Shown piece by piece: positions 1-7,479 of a stretch of DNA of 64,000 bases; the stretch's first letter is position 1, and the number at the start of each line of letters is the position of its first letter. A model generated the notes under the pieces. It saw only the letters and a program-made list of their open reading frames with translations. It was not told where the DNA came from and searched no databases. A program made the translations under genes and the position numbers. The DNA is from a virus (Duplodnaviria; Caudoviricetes): positions 1 through 64,000 of the IMG/VR virus record IMGVR_UViG_3300028586_000020; one strand, given 5' to 3'.

Positions 1-153
1 TGCGCCATCGCTTTTGCACTCTTCGTGATCTTCATTGCAGGTGGAGTAACATTGGCCATTGTCAGCCATTCCTACAACGTTGAAGCGGGTGTGTTTAGTA
101 CCATTTTGCAAACCACCGCTGAAGTTCTCAAAATTCTCTTTACTACGAAGTAA
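1..153 (+). CDS. 3' end of a small membrane protein (partial)
   Basis: Frame 1 is open from base 1: CAIAFALFVIFIAGGVTLAIVSHS...KILFTTK, then TAA at 151-153; hydrophobic segment. Confidence 0.55.
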   Translation, partial: CAIAFALFVIFIAGGVTLAIVSHSYNVEAGVFSTILQTTAEVLKILFTTK

Positions 154-158
154 TCTCC

Positions 159-851
159 ATGCGCCGATTACGTTCTCATGCCTTTAGTGGCTCATTGTCG
201 ACAGAAGACGAAGATACCAGCGGTAAACTCTCCGCTGAGATCGAATACATGTTCTACGCCCGCGTAACATCCCCACAGGCGCTCTTAAACGCCATGTGCG
301 TAGAGATTCAAGAGCAGTGGGGGGTATGGCAGGATAAGACCGATAAAAACGCTGGTAGCGGCTCTAATCGCGTCCGCAAGGTGATTCGTAAACCCATCAT
401 CAACGGTCAGTTCGATAACATCAACACCACGACCCAAATCGTGCACACCATCAAACTCAAGCGTTCCGATGGATCGGCTTTAGAGGCTTCGGTCGAATCA
501 AGCGAAGGTGCTTTGACGGCGATGCGGGTCATGGCTGAATCGGGCATGATCAAACACCGTTACCGCTTCCCGGTTGAAGGCACGGAACTGGTGTGGGAAG
601 TGGACATGTTTGTCGAACCGGGTGAATCGATGTATTCGACCAAGTATATTGGTTGGGCGAAGATTGACTTGGAAGTACCGCAGAAAGACTTCCCTGTGCC
701 GACCTTGCCTGATGGTTTTGTCGATGGGTTCAATAGCAAGGCCCAGAACTTAACGCCTGAACAGCAACAGATCGTGGACCAGATGCAAAGCTTCCTTAGT
801 TTGCCCAATCCGTATGTACAGGAAATCTATCCTGACGTCTTACCAAAATAA
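159..851 (+). CDS. CYTH-like (triphosphate tunnel) domain protein
   Basis: IKHRYRF...WEVDMF segment and later IDLEVP resemble the CYTH K-R-Y...W-E-V-D pattern. Confidence 0.55.
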   Translation: MRRLRSHAFSGSLSTEDEDTSGKLSAEIEYMFYARVTSPQALLNAMCVEIQEQWGVWQDKTDKNAGSGSNRVRKVIRKPIINGQFDNINTTTQIVHTIKLKRSDGSALEASVESSEGALTAMRVMAESGMIKHRYRFPVEGTELVWEVDMFVEPGESMYSTKYIGWAKIDLEVPQKDFPVPTLPDGFVDGFNSKAQNLTPEQQQIVDQMQSFLSLPNPYVQEIYPDVLPK

Positions 852-852
852 G

Positions 853-891
853 TACTCCCCTCTCCTCCTTATCGGGGGAGAGGGAGGTATG
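853..891 (+). terminator. GC-rich hairpin followed by TATG
   Basis: ctcccctctcctcc...gggggagagggag, then gtatgttg and a T-rich tract directly after the stop. Confidence 0.65.
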
Positions 892-1185
892 TTGTTATTT
901 TTATTTCTTTACTGTAATTTTTAAATTGAGGTTACCCATGCTGTGCAAACTGACGTTTGCGGGTTCGACGAGGCGCTTCTTCTAGCGCTGCGTTGTGGGC
1001 ACTTCGAGAGGCCCACCCTACCCCTATGCCACCCCTGCTGGGTGCATGATGGATGACCTTGGATCTGATCTAGCTGTGGGGGACCGGGGGCGACCGAACG
1101 AGGCCGGCGAAGCCAAGGACGAGGCAGGGAGGAGTGAACAAAGTTACTTTTCCGTTTTTATCATCTACCAAGAAAAGAAACCACT

Positions 1186-1740
1186 ATGTCTGTATGCAAA
1201 AAGATCGACATGAGTACCAACACCCTGACAGGGGTGAACTGTAATGAAGTGTTGAAAGAGCTCATTGACAAAGGACACATCAACAAAAGAAAATTAGCCC
1301 ATCAGTTAAAAGAATACTACCGGCTGAGCTTCTCCGATGCGGAAGAACGTTACAGCAATGTCATGCGGGCGATCTTTGAAGAGAAGCTGTGCTATCCTCA
1401 GCTCAGGGACATTCTCCAAGTTATGGGCGGTGAAATAATCGTTGGTTTCAAGATACCTCAAGAACCAGTTCAACCAAAGAACCTGATTGTTGGAACGTAT
1501 CCAGCCATTTGGGACCAAACAATCAACGCTATCGATTTACCAGATAATACATTGCGTCTTTTACGTTCTGCCGGTATTCATTACATCGGTCAACTCTGTC
1601 GATGTGGGCGGGAAGTCCTCCTGGATCAAGTTCCGATTGGTCAGGATTCGAAAACATCGATCGACGATTTCATGAGCCGCCATGGTTTGCATTTTGGCAT
1701 GTCAAGGATTATTTGGATTCCTCCAACATCATCTACCTGA
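1186..1740 (+). CDS. Protein with a C-terminal RNA polymerase alpha-CTD-like domain
   Basis: WDQTINAIDLPDNTLRLLRSAGIHYIGQL...HGLHFGM...WIPP matches the alpha-CTD pattern (I..LdL..R..N.L....I.Y.GdL...GL.LGM....WPP). Confidence 0.7.
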   Translation: MSVCKKIDMSTNTLTGVNCNEVLKELIDKGHINKRKLAHQLKEYYRLSFSDAEERYSNVMRAIFEEKLCYPQLRDILQVMGGEIIVGFKIPQEPVQPKNLIVGTYPAIWDQTINAIDLPDNTLRLLRSAGIHYIGQLCRCGREVLLDQVPIGQDSKTSIDDFMSRHGLHFGMSRIIWIPPTSST

Positions 1741-1747
1741 ATTTTTA

Positions 1748-1783
1748 CCCATAGACCTGCGAAGGTCTATGGGCTTTATGCCG
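1748..1783 (+). terminator. Hairpin followed by TTATGCCG
   Basis: cccatagacc-tgcgaa-ggtctatggg, a perfect 10-bp stem. Confidence 0.65.
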
Positions 1784-1805
1784 TTTAAAAATGTGGAGCT
1801 AGAAA

Positions 1806-1825
1806 ATTTCAAGGCTATATCCTTA
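1806..1825 (+). promoter_or_regulatory. Candidate early-type phage promoter
   Basis: tttcaaggctatat; similar motifs at about 6331, 39321 and 61444, each upstream of a + strand gene. Confidence 0.4.
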
Positions 1826-1887
1826 GTGTGAATAAGAAACAGAAATGACTCTGTCTCTAACCCATCCAACCTTTTAAGGAGATTTAC

Positions 1888-2184
1888 ATGGCTTCATTTC
1901 ATCTCGCTCATCCATCCATCGCTCACAACATCGCTGTCACGGAAGACGCACGTGCCATTAAGGATGGCGGTGCGTGGTACGTTGACCCCGATGGCAGCGG
2001 CGGCGTCTTCAAGCTTGCCTATGGTTGCTTTCTGAGCGTAGAGCAGCTGAAGGCACTACAGGCGAAGTTCACTGTGGCTCCCGAAGAGTTTCGGCAGTCA
2101 CTAGCTACCGCGCTCGGTTGGGTAGAGTGGGCTAACCGCCCTATGCCGCCAGCGCAGCCGGTCGGTGAACCGTTTCCGTGGTAA
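1888..2184 (+). CDS. Hypothetical protein
   Basis: AAGGAG RBS upstream of ATG; 98 aa. Confidence 0.7.
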   Translation: MASFHLAHPSIAHNIAVTEDARAIKDGGAWYVDPDGSGGVFKLAYGCFLSVEQLKALQAKFTVAPEEFRQSLATALGWVEWANRPMPPAQPVGEPFPW

Positions 2185-2229
2185 GCGGGTTTATTGGCAA
2201 GGGTCTTGAATGGCCCTTATCAATACATC
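2183..2229 (+). repeat. Intergenic hairpin repeat, copy 1 (copy 2 at 4853-4898)
   Basis: aagcgggtttattggcaagggtcttgaatggcccttatcaatacatc is nearly identical to copy 2. Confidence 0.75.
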
Positions 2230-2256
2230 CATCTTAACTAACTTAAGGAGCAACAA

Positions 2257-2418
2257 ATGAACACGAACAAAGAACAAGCAGCAAAAGAAGCACCAGTCAT
2301 GACTTACAAACATGTCTGCGGATATTGCGGTTCCACCAACGCACCAATCTCGCAAGAAGAGATGTACGGTCCTGGCGTTGTCGGCTGGGACTGCTGCCCA
2401 GACTGCGGCGGCGTTTAA
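2257..2418 (+). CDS. 53-aa Zn-ribbon-like protein (not in the ORF track)
   Basis: AAGGAG RBS; MNTNKEQAAK...HVCGYCGS...WDCCPDCGGV with two CxxC pairs. Confidence 0.7.
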   Translation: MNTNKEQAAKEAPVMTYKHVCGYCGSTNAPISQEEMYGPGVVGWDCCPDCGGV

Positions 2419-2439
2419 TCATCAATAAAGGAGAAGACC

Positions 2440-2844
2440 ATGAACTGGTTTACAAGCCGTGTTGTTGAAAGTGCGTCGGTGCAAGAAAAGCAGAAACTGC
2501 TAGCCCAAGACGGGGGCTGTGAGCACGTGGAAACAGATGCTAGCCTAGGCTATATCGTTCACACTGAACGCGATAGCTTTGGGATTGTTGGGACCTGCTT
2601 GTTGTGTAAGGCTTGCAACGAGGCCGCCCAGGAAGAGGCAGACAACGAAGAGCACACTTGCGTCGATTGCAAACAATCGGTGAAACAGAAGGATGGCATC
2701 TTCTGGAAGTGGTACGACTTCTACGCAGCACAAGGCGACGAAGCCCTGTTTGTCTGCGATTGTTGCAGGACACAACCCGCCCACGTCAATCGGGTAAAAC
2801 GCGACGAACGCGAACGCCAAGAGGAATTTGGCGACGACGATTAA
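2440..2844 (+). CDS. Cys-rich putative Zn-binding protein
   Basis: AAGGAG RBS; CLLCKAC, CVDC and CDCC motifs. Confidence 0.7.
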   Translation: MNWFTSRVVESASVQEKQKLLAQDGGCEHVETDASLGYIVHTERDSFGIVGTCLLCKACNEAAQEEADNEEHTCVDCKQSVKQKDGIFWKWYDFYAAQGDEALFVCDCCRTQPAHVNRVKRDERERQEEFGDDD

Positions 2845-2927
2845 AGCCATCCTCTAACCTGTTCCTTTGTGGAGCAGGTTATGGGCTGTACTTTTACAGC
2901 GTCTATTTTAACTTAAGGAGATTTACC

Positions 2928-3578
2928 ATGAAACGTTTTACCCTCGCAATGCTGTTCATGCTGTCGCTGTTTGGTAACGCCAACGCTGCCATGGTCGGCA
3001 CCCCGATCGACGAAGGCACCACCACGTGCCTCCCGTTTGGCTGCGCCGCCGGCGACGGTCAGTATCAGCAGATCTACTTCGCCGAGTCGTTCAAGCGTGA
3101 CATGAACTTCATCGGCCTGGACCTGATGATCGCGCCGCACTCGATCGGCGCTGGCGAACACTGGCTGAGTGATGGCTTCTTCACCATCACGCTCTCGCTC
3201 TTTAGCCAAGACATGCTGCCGACTGTGGGCATGCTCGGTCACGCTGAGAAGACCGTGTTCAAAGGTTACCTGCCAGCCGCTCAGCGTGGCAATAGCTACC
3301 GCATCAACTTCGACAAGATGTTCTACAACAATTCGGCTGACATCAACAACTTGTTGCTGAACATCAGCTGGACGGGCGCTGCCGCCAGCGACGATCCGAT
3401 CCACTTCACCAAAGCGTCCGGCACCTGGAGCCAGATGATCAAAGATGGCAAAATCGTCGATGCTGAACAATACGGCCTCCTGACCCGTTTTGTCGAAGTG
3501 CCTGAACCAGCCTCCATCGCTCTGATGGGCCTGGGTGTCCTGGGTCTGGGCATCACCCGTCGTCGTCGCAGTAAGTAA
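2928..3578 (+). CDS. PEP-CTERM sorting-domain secreted protein
   Basis: RBS AAGGAG at about 2915; signal peptide MKRFTLAMLFMLSLFGNANA; C-terminal VPEPASIALMGLGVLGLGITRRRRSK (PEP motif, TM helix, basic tail). Confidence 0.9.
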   Translation: MKRFTLAMLFMLSLFGNANAAMVGTPIDEGTTTCLPFGCAAGDGQYQQIYFAESFKRDMNFIGLDLMIAPHSIGAGEHWLSDGFFTITLSLFSQDMLPTVGMLGHAEKTVFKGYLPAAQRGNSYRINFDKMFYNNSADINNLLLNISWTGAAASDDPIHFTKASGTWSQMIKDGKIVDAEQYGLLTRFVEVPEPASIALMGLGVLGLGITRRRRSK

Positions 3579-3591
3579 AGGGAACCAGGTC

Positions 3592-3921
3592 ATGAAAAAG
3601 ATCGTCGCTGTCATCTTTATCGTCCTCGCTAGCATCATCGCGAGTGGTCCTGCTTCGGCGGAATCGAATGTGGGTCAGTGCATGACCTACAAAGCGAAGA
3701 CCGCTAAAAACGGTCGCTTGATTCCACTTAAGCAAGTGGTGGTCAAAGCCCATCCGAACGATAAGGTTGGCAGCACGCCGCAGTTGCCCCTGGCCATGAA
3801 AGTGCTGAATGAAAAAGGCACCATGGTCCAGGTGGCTGACCCGGAAGATGACAGTGTCATCGGCTGGGTATCGATCAAGGATCTGGAGTACCAAGATTTG
3901 CGCAATTGCAACATGTGGTGA
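3592..3921 (+). CDS. Secreted small protein, possibly SH3-like
   Basis: Signal peptide MKKIVAVIFIVLASIIASGPASA; VQVADPEDDSVIGWVSIKDL resembles the end of a bacterial SH3 domain; two Cys. Confidence 0.65.
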   Translation: MKKIVAVIFIVLASIIASGPASAESNVGQCMTYKAKTAKNGRLIPLKQVVVKAHPNDKVGSTPQLPLAMKVLNEKGTMVQVADPEDDSVIGWVSIKDLEYQDLRNCNMW

Positions 3922-4010
3922 GCTACATCCATTAGCCAACTTTCTTCGGAAGGTAGGCTAATGGATGAGAATCTTCTCATCCTACAATTAACAACATAAG
4001 GAGTTTTATC

Positions 4011-4433
4011 ATGAATCAAGCACAACAAACCCGTCTGGCCCAATCCCTCAACAGCGTCGAAAAAGACGTGTCGGAAAAACGCGATTTCGATTCCATCTTG
4101 GCCGCCATTAAAGCTAACCACGGTAAGGTGATTGACGATCACCGGTTCCATTGCGGTAGCGGCGAAGAACGCATGCGTTCGGTGTACGCCATCGCCAAGT
4201 TTGGCGACAAGACGGTCTTCCTTTGCAGCCCAGAAGAAACGCCGTATTTCTGCCTGAACGGCATGTATGTCGATCCTGACGGCGTCGCCCATTTGTCCCA
4301 GTGGTCGGTCGGCGGTGTGATCGAGTTCGGTCGTCGTGGCACACTCGACACGGCCATCGCGAAGTACAACGATCCGGCTAGCTGGGTACCTGGTCACAGC
4401 TTCACCCCGATCACCGATGTGACGTACATCTAA
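4011..4433 (+). CDS. Hypothetical protein
   Basis: TAAGGAG RBS; 140 aa. Confidence 0.75.
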   Translation: MNQAQQTRLAQSLNSVEKDVSEKRDFDSILAAIKANHGKVIDDHRFHCGSGEERMRSVYAIAKFGDKTVFLCSPEETPYFCLNGMYVDPDGVAHLSQWSVGGVIEFGRRGTLDTAIAKYNDPASWVPGHSFTPITDVTYI

Positions 4434-4529
4434 TCGTTCTCTCCCACTCATCTGGCCTTATGGCTGGGTGAGTGGGTTGCACTTTGTATCGACCTGCTTT
4501 TCTTTTTGGTTTTTTCTAAGGAGTTTTCC

Positions 4530-4853
4530 ATGGACAAGATCGTTTTCCTAGTACTGTTGCTATTGGCAGGCGCAGTTCACGCTGGTCAACAGCAAGGTTT
4601 TAAACCCGCTTACCCAAAGTCGTACACACAGCGGGTGTACTATACAGTCTACGAAAGTGCAACGATGAACACCCAAGACTTGGGCACGTTAAGCGTTGTG
4701 TTTCGTGGTTGTAAGAAAGTTTCGGCGAGCGACTTTATCCGTCAAGAGAAGCTGGCCTACAATCGTAACATCGCTGGCGCGTTTTATTGCTTGCGTGGTC
4801 AGCACAATGGCGAGTATTATGTCATCGTGAAGAAGCTTAAAGAACCCGAATAA
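4530..4853 (+). CDS. Secreted hypothetical protein
   Basis: AAGGAG RBS before ATG 4530; signal peptide MDKIVFLVLLLLAGAVHA. Confidence 0.7.
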   Translation: MDKIVFLVLLLLAGAVHAGQQQGFKPAYPKSYTQRVYYTVYESATMNTQDLGTLSVVFRGCKKVSASDFIRQEKLAYNRNIAGAFYCLRGQHNGEYYVIVKKLKEPE

Positions 4854-4898
4854 AGCGGCTTTATCGGCAAGGGTCTTAAGGGCCCTTCTCGATGCATC
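4853..4898 (+). repeat. Intergenic hairpin repeat, copy 2
   Basis: aagcggctttatcggcaagggtcttaagggcccttctcgatgcatc. Confidence 0.75.
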
Positions 4899-4995
4899 TG
4901 CATCATGCTAGTGAGAAAAATTACTCGCTAGTTATATCTCGTGAGTATCAGTACTCACACTACAATCGTCTTTTACCCAAGAGAAAGGTAGTACC

Positions 4996-6246
4996 ATGAA
5001 ACATCAACAAGAAGCATTCACCCTCAATTCCAATTTCTCGAAACTGAAGGTGATCGGAGAAGCTGCCAGTGCCAACATTCACATGGACCTGGCCATCTTC
5101 GATTTGATGGAAGATGGAAATAAACGCACCATCAATGATATCGTCAGCATGCTGGCTGTCCTGGGTTATAACCGCGCCGACCTCAACCGTCGCGTGGTCG
5201 CCATGCTTTATAAGAAGGAAGTCTTCACGCAGTGCGGAAACGGTAACGGTCGGGCGCCTGAATACGTGATCAAGAAAACGGCCAAGCGTCCTATTGCTCG
5301 GACCAAGGAAACGCCGAAGATGAAAGAAAGCGAAATCCAGATTCGGAAGGCCGTCGACACGCCGTTCAAGCCAGAGCCGGCAGCAGTTATCGTCGAACCC
5401 ATCGCTCCTGCGCCAGTGGCAGAAGAACCGACGCCGGCAGTCGAAGCAGCCCCGTCGTACGTCGTCAGCCCGACCGACGCGGTGAAAGTGGCGATCTGGA
5501 AAACCATGTCGGACTTCCAGCCCTACACGTTGGCGGATCTGGCCACGCTGCTCGACCACATCACCGAGCGCAGCATCAAAGCAAATCTGGCGATGATGGT
5601 TGACGAGAACATGCTGACCCCTACCCGTCAACCTGCTAACAAGCCAGCTGTCTACCACCTAAATAAAGGTGTGCCGATGCCGACGGGTCTGCCGGATTAT
5701 AAGCCCCGTTTTGACATCCGTAAGAACGTTTCAGCGGACGCTGAAACGCCACCTGCTAAACAACCCGAGGAAAGTACCATGCAACTGACTACCCCACAGC
5801 AAGATGTATCGGTGACGCCAACGCCGGACTGGGAACAGAAGCTCGATAGCCTGACCGACCTGGGTAACGAAGCTATGGCTTCGGTGCGGGCACGGATGGC
5901 TGAAACCGCCCGTGAACAGTTCGGTGAACCACTGCAACAAGTCGAGACGAAGAAGGCCGATACGCCTGAAGGCTCGCATGTCAAGCCAGTGGAACCGGCA
6001 ACCACTCCATTGATCCAAGTGGGCGGCATCTTCATCAAAGGCCAACGTTTCAGTTTCAGGGATGCTTTGGTAATCCTAGATGAACTCGAAGGCGCCGGTT
6101 TTACGGAGGATGATGTCCATGGCGACCTCAACAACGGTAACCGTAAGTTCGTGCAACTCGAACTGAAAATCAAGATCGCTGGTATGGTCTTGTCGGTATC
6201 GGAAGCAAAAGACGTGGCGCTCCAACTCAAGAGCGATCTGAACTAA
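4996..6246 (+). CDS. Protein with two putative winged-helix domains and Pro/Ala/Glu-rich linkers
   Basis: AIFDLMEDGNKRTINDIVSML...EYVIK and AIWKTMSDFQPYTLADLATLL...VYHLNKGVPMP both fit a wHTH-like helical pattern ending in a beta wing. Confidence 0.6.
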   Translation: MKHQQEAFTLNSNFSKLKVIGEAASANIHMDLAIFDLMEDGNKRTINDIVSMLAVLGYNRADLNRRVVAMLYKKEVFTQCGNGNGRAPEYVIKKTAKRPIARTKETPKMKESEIQIRKAVDTPFKPEPAAVIVEPIAPAPVAEEPTPAVEAAPSYVVSPTDAVKVAIWKTMSDFQPYTLADLATLLDHITERSIKANLAMMVDENMLTPTRQPANKPAVYHLNKGVPMPTGLPDYKPRFDIRKNVSADAETPPAKQPEESTMQLTTPQQDVSVTPTPDWEQKLDSLTDLGNEAMASVRARMAETAREQFGEPLQQVETKKADTPEGSHVKPVEPATTPLIQVGGIFIKGQRFSFRDALVILDELEGAGFTEDDVHGDLNNGNRKFVQLELKIKIAGMVLSVSEAKDVALQLKSDLN

Positions 6247-6330
6247 TCATCTCGAACGCGGAGTCGCCTATGGGTGGCTCCGTCGTATGAGGGTTTATCT
6301 GAGAGACTGCGGTTTCTCAGATGTATCCTT

Positions 6331-6350
6331 TTTTAAACCTATATTACAAT
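6331..6350 (+). promoter_or_regulatory. phiKZ-type early promoter motif TATATTAC
   Basis: TATATTAC at 6340-6347 matches the reported phiKZ early consensus; followed by a GAGGAG RBS and ATG 6371. Confidence 0.55.
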
Positions 6351-6370
6351 TAACAACAGAGGAGTTTCTC

Positions 6371-6523
6371 ATGGACCGTATCAACGAATTTAATAACAGC
6401 GCCCTCGCCAAATCCATCGCTGGCGAACAACGTGACAAGAGTGATAGCAAGATCACCAGCATCGCTACCGGCGTTGTGATGCTGCTGTTGGTAGTGGCTT
6501 TCAAGTACGCAATCGGTAACTAA
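6371..6523 (+). CDS. 50-aa small membrane protein
   Basis: GAGGAG RBS; C-terminal hydrophobic IATGVVMLLLVVAFKYAI. Confidence 0.65.
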   Translation: MDRINEFNNSALAKSIAGEQRDKSDSKITSIATGVVMLLLVVAFKYAIGN

Positions 6524-6532
6524 ACGACATAC

Positions 6533-6572
6533 TTCGATAGAGCGAAAGCTCTATCGAGGGGTCTTTTTTATT
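6533..6572 (+). terminator. Rho-independent-type terminator
   Basis: ttcgatagagc-gaaa-gctctatcgag, then a T tract. Confidence 0.75.
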
Positions 6573-6602
6573 TTGTCTCTTTATAAAACGAAAGGAATTA
6601 AC

Positions 6603-7022
6603 ATGGCAACCAAAGCAGGTAAGGTCCAGCTCAAGGACATCAAGCGCGGCAAGACGTTTTACTACGTGCGCGTCGACTTCCCCATCATCTCCGCAGGCGT
6701 GGTAGGATTGGGTGAAGTGGAATCCGTGGTACGTCTACGCGTGACATCGCGACCATATCTGCGTCGTTTGTCCAACACGATGGCGTTCCAGTACATCAAT
6801 GACTCGAACGCGGGTGGCTACATCGATCTCGAACAGATGGAGCGCAACCATCGCCAAAATGAACTGACCGAAGAAGGACAGTATTTTGTCTTGCTGAAAA
6901 GCCGACAGGCCGCAGAACGCTTCATCAAGATGTTCGATGATCGTCCGCCTAGCAAAAAAGAAACGGTGCGTACGCTGTTGCGCGAAGCTAACCTGAACGC
7001 CAAGCAACGCGGTTTCTCCTAA
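6603..7022 (+). CDS. Hypothetical protein
   Basis: AAAGGA RBS before ATG 6603. Confidence 0.7.
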   Translation: MATKAGKVQLKDIKRGKTFYYVRVDFPIISAGVVGLGEVESVVRLRVTSRPYLRRLSNTMAFQYINDSNAGGYIDLEQMERNHRQNELTEEGQYFVLLKSRQAAERFIKMFDDRPPSKKETVRTLLREANLNAKQRGFS

Positions 7023-7043
7023 TAACAAGAAAGGATCTCCACC

Positions 7044-7466
7044 ATGAATCAAGGTTTTATCTTGGTCGATCGTCCGACCGCGCAAGTGTCGTTCAACTTT
7101 CGGCATTTGGACGAGCAGGAAGTGCATACCGTTATTCTTGCTCTGCGTCGTCAGTTTGTTGAGCTGTCGGCCGCCATCGAAAACCCGCAAGGCAAAGAGC
7201 TGAACAGTGCACAAAAGACGACGCTGATTCACCAGCGTCGTGATCTGCTTTCTCTGATGGAACAGTTCGATGGCGTGCAACCTGCGCTCACTCAACTGCT
7301 CGGCCAAAAGCGCCGCATCAGCGTGAATTCACGTCCTCTGCTCGACGCGCAGATCGAACGTGTATACACCGCGCTGGTCTGGTACCGCGACAACTGGGTG
7401 CTCGAACAAGATTCATTGCGTCAAATGGTCGTGAACGTGATCGGCTACCTCGAAGACACCCTTTAA
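7044..7466 (+). CDS. Hypothetical helical protein
   Basis: AAAGGA RBS; 140 aa. Confidence 0.7.
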   Translation: MNQGFILVDRPTAQVSFNFRHLDEQEVHTVILALRRQFVELSAAIENPQGKELNSAQKTTLIHQRRDLLSLMEQFDGVQPALTQLLGQKRRISVNSRPLLDAQIERVYTALVWYRDNWVLEQDSLRQMVVNVIGYLEDTL

Positions 7467-7479
7467 CCAAAAAACCACC

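Noticed and set aside
2613-2927. Arg-rich N-terminal extension of the PEP-CTERM ORF
   Set aside because: It overlaps the 2440..2844 gene in another frame; a strong RBS and a signal peptide start at 2928
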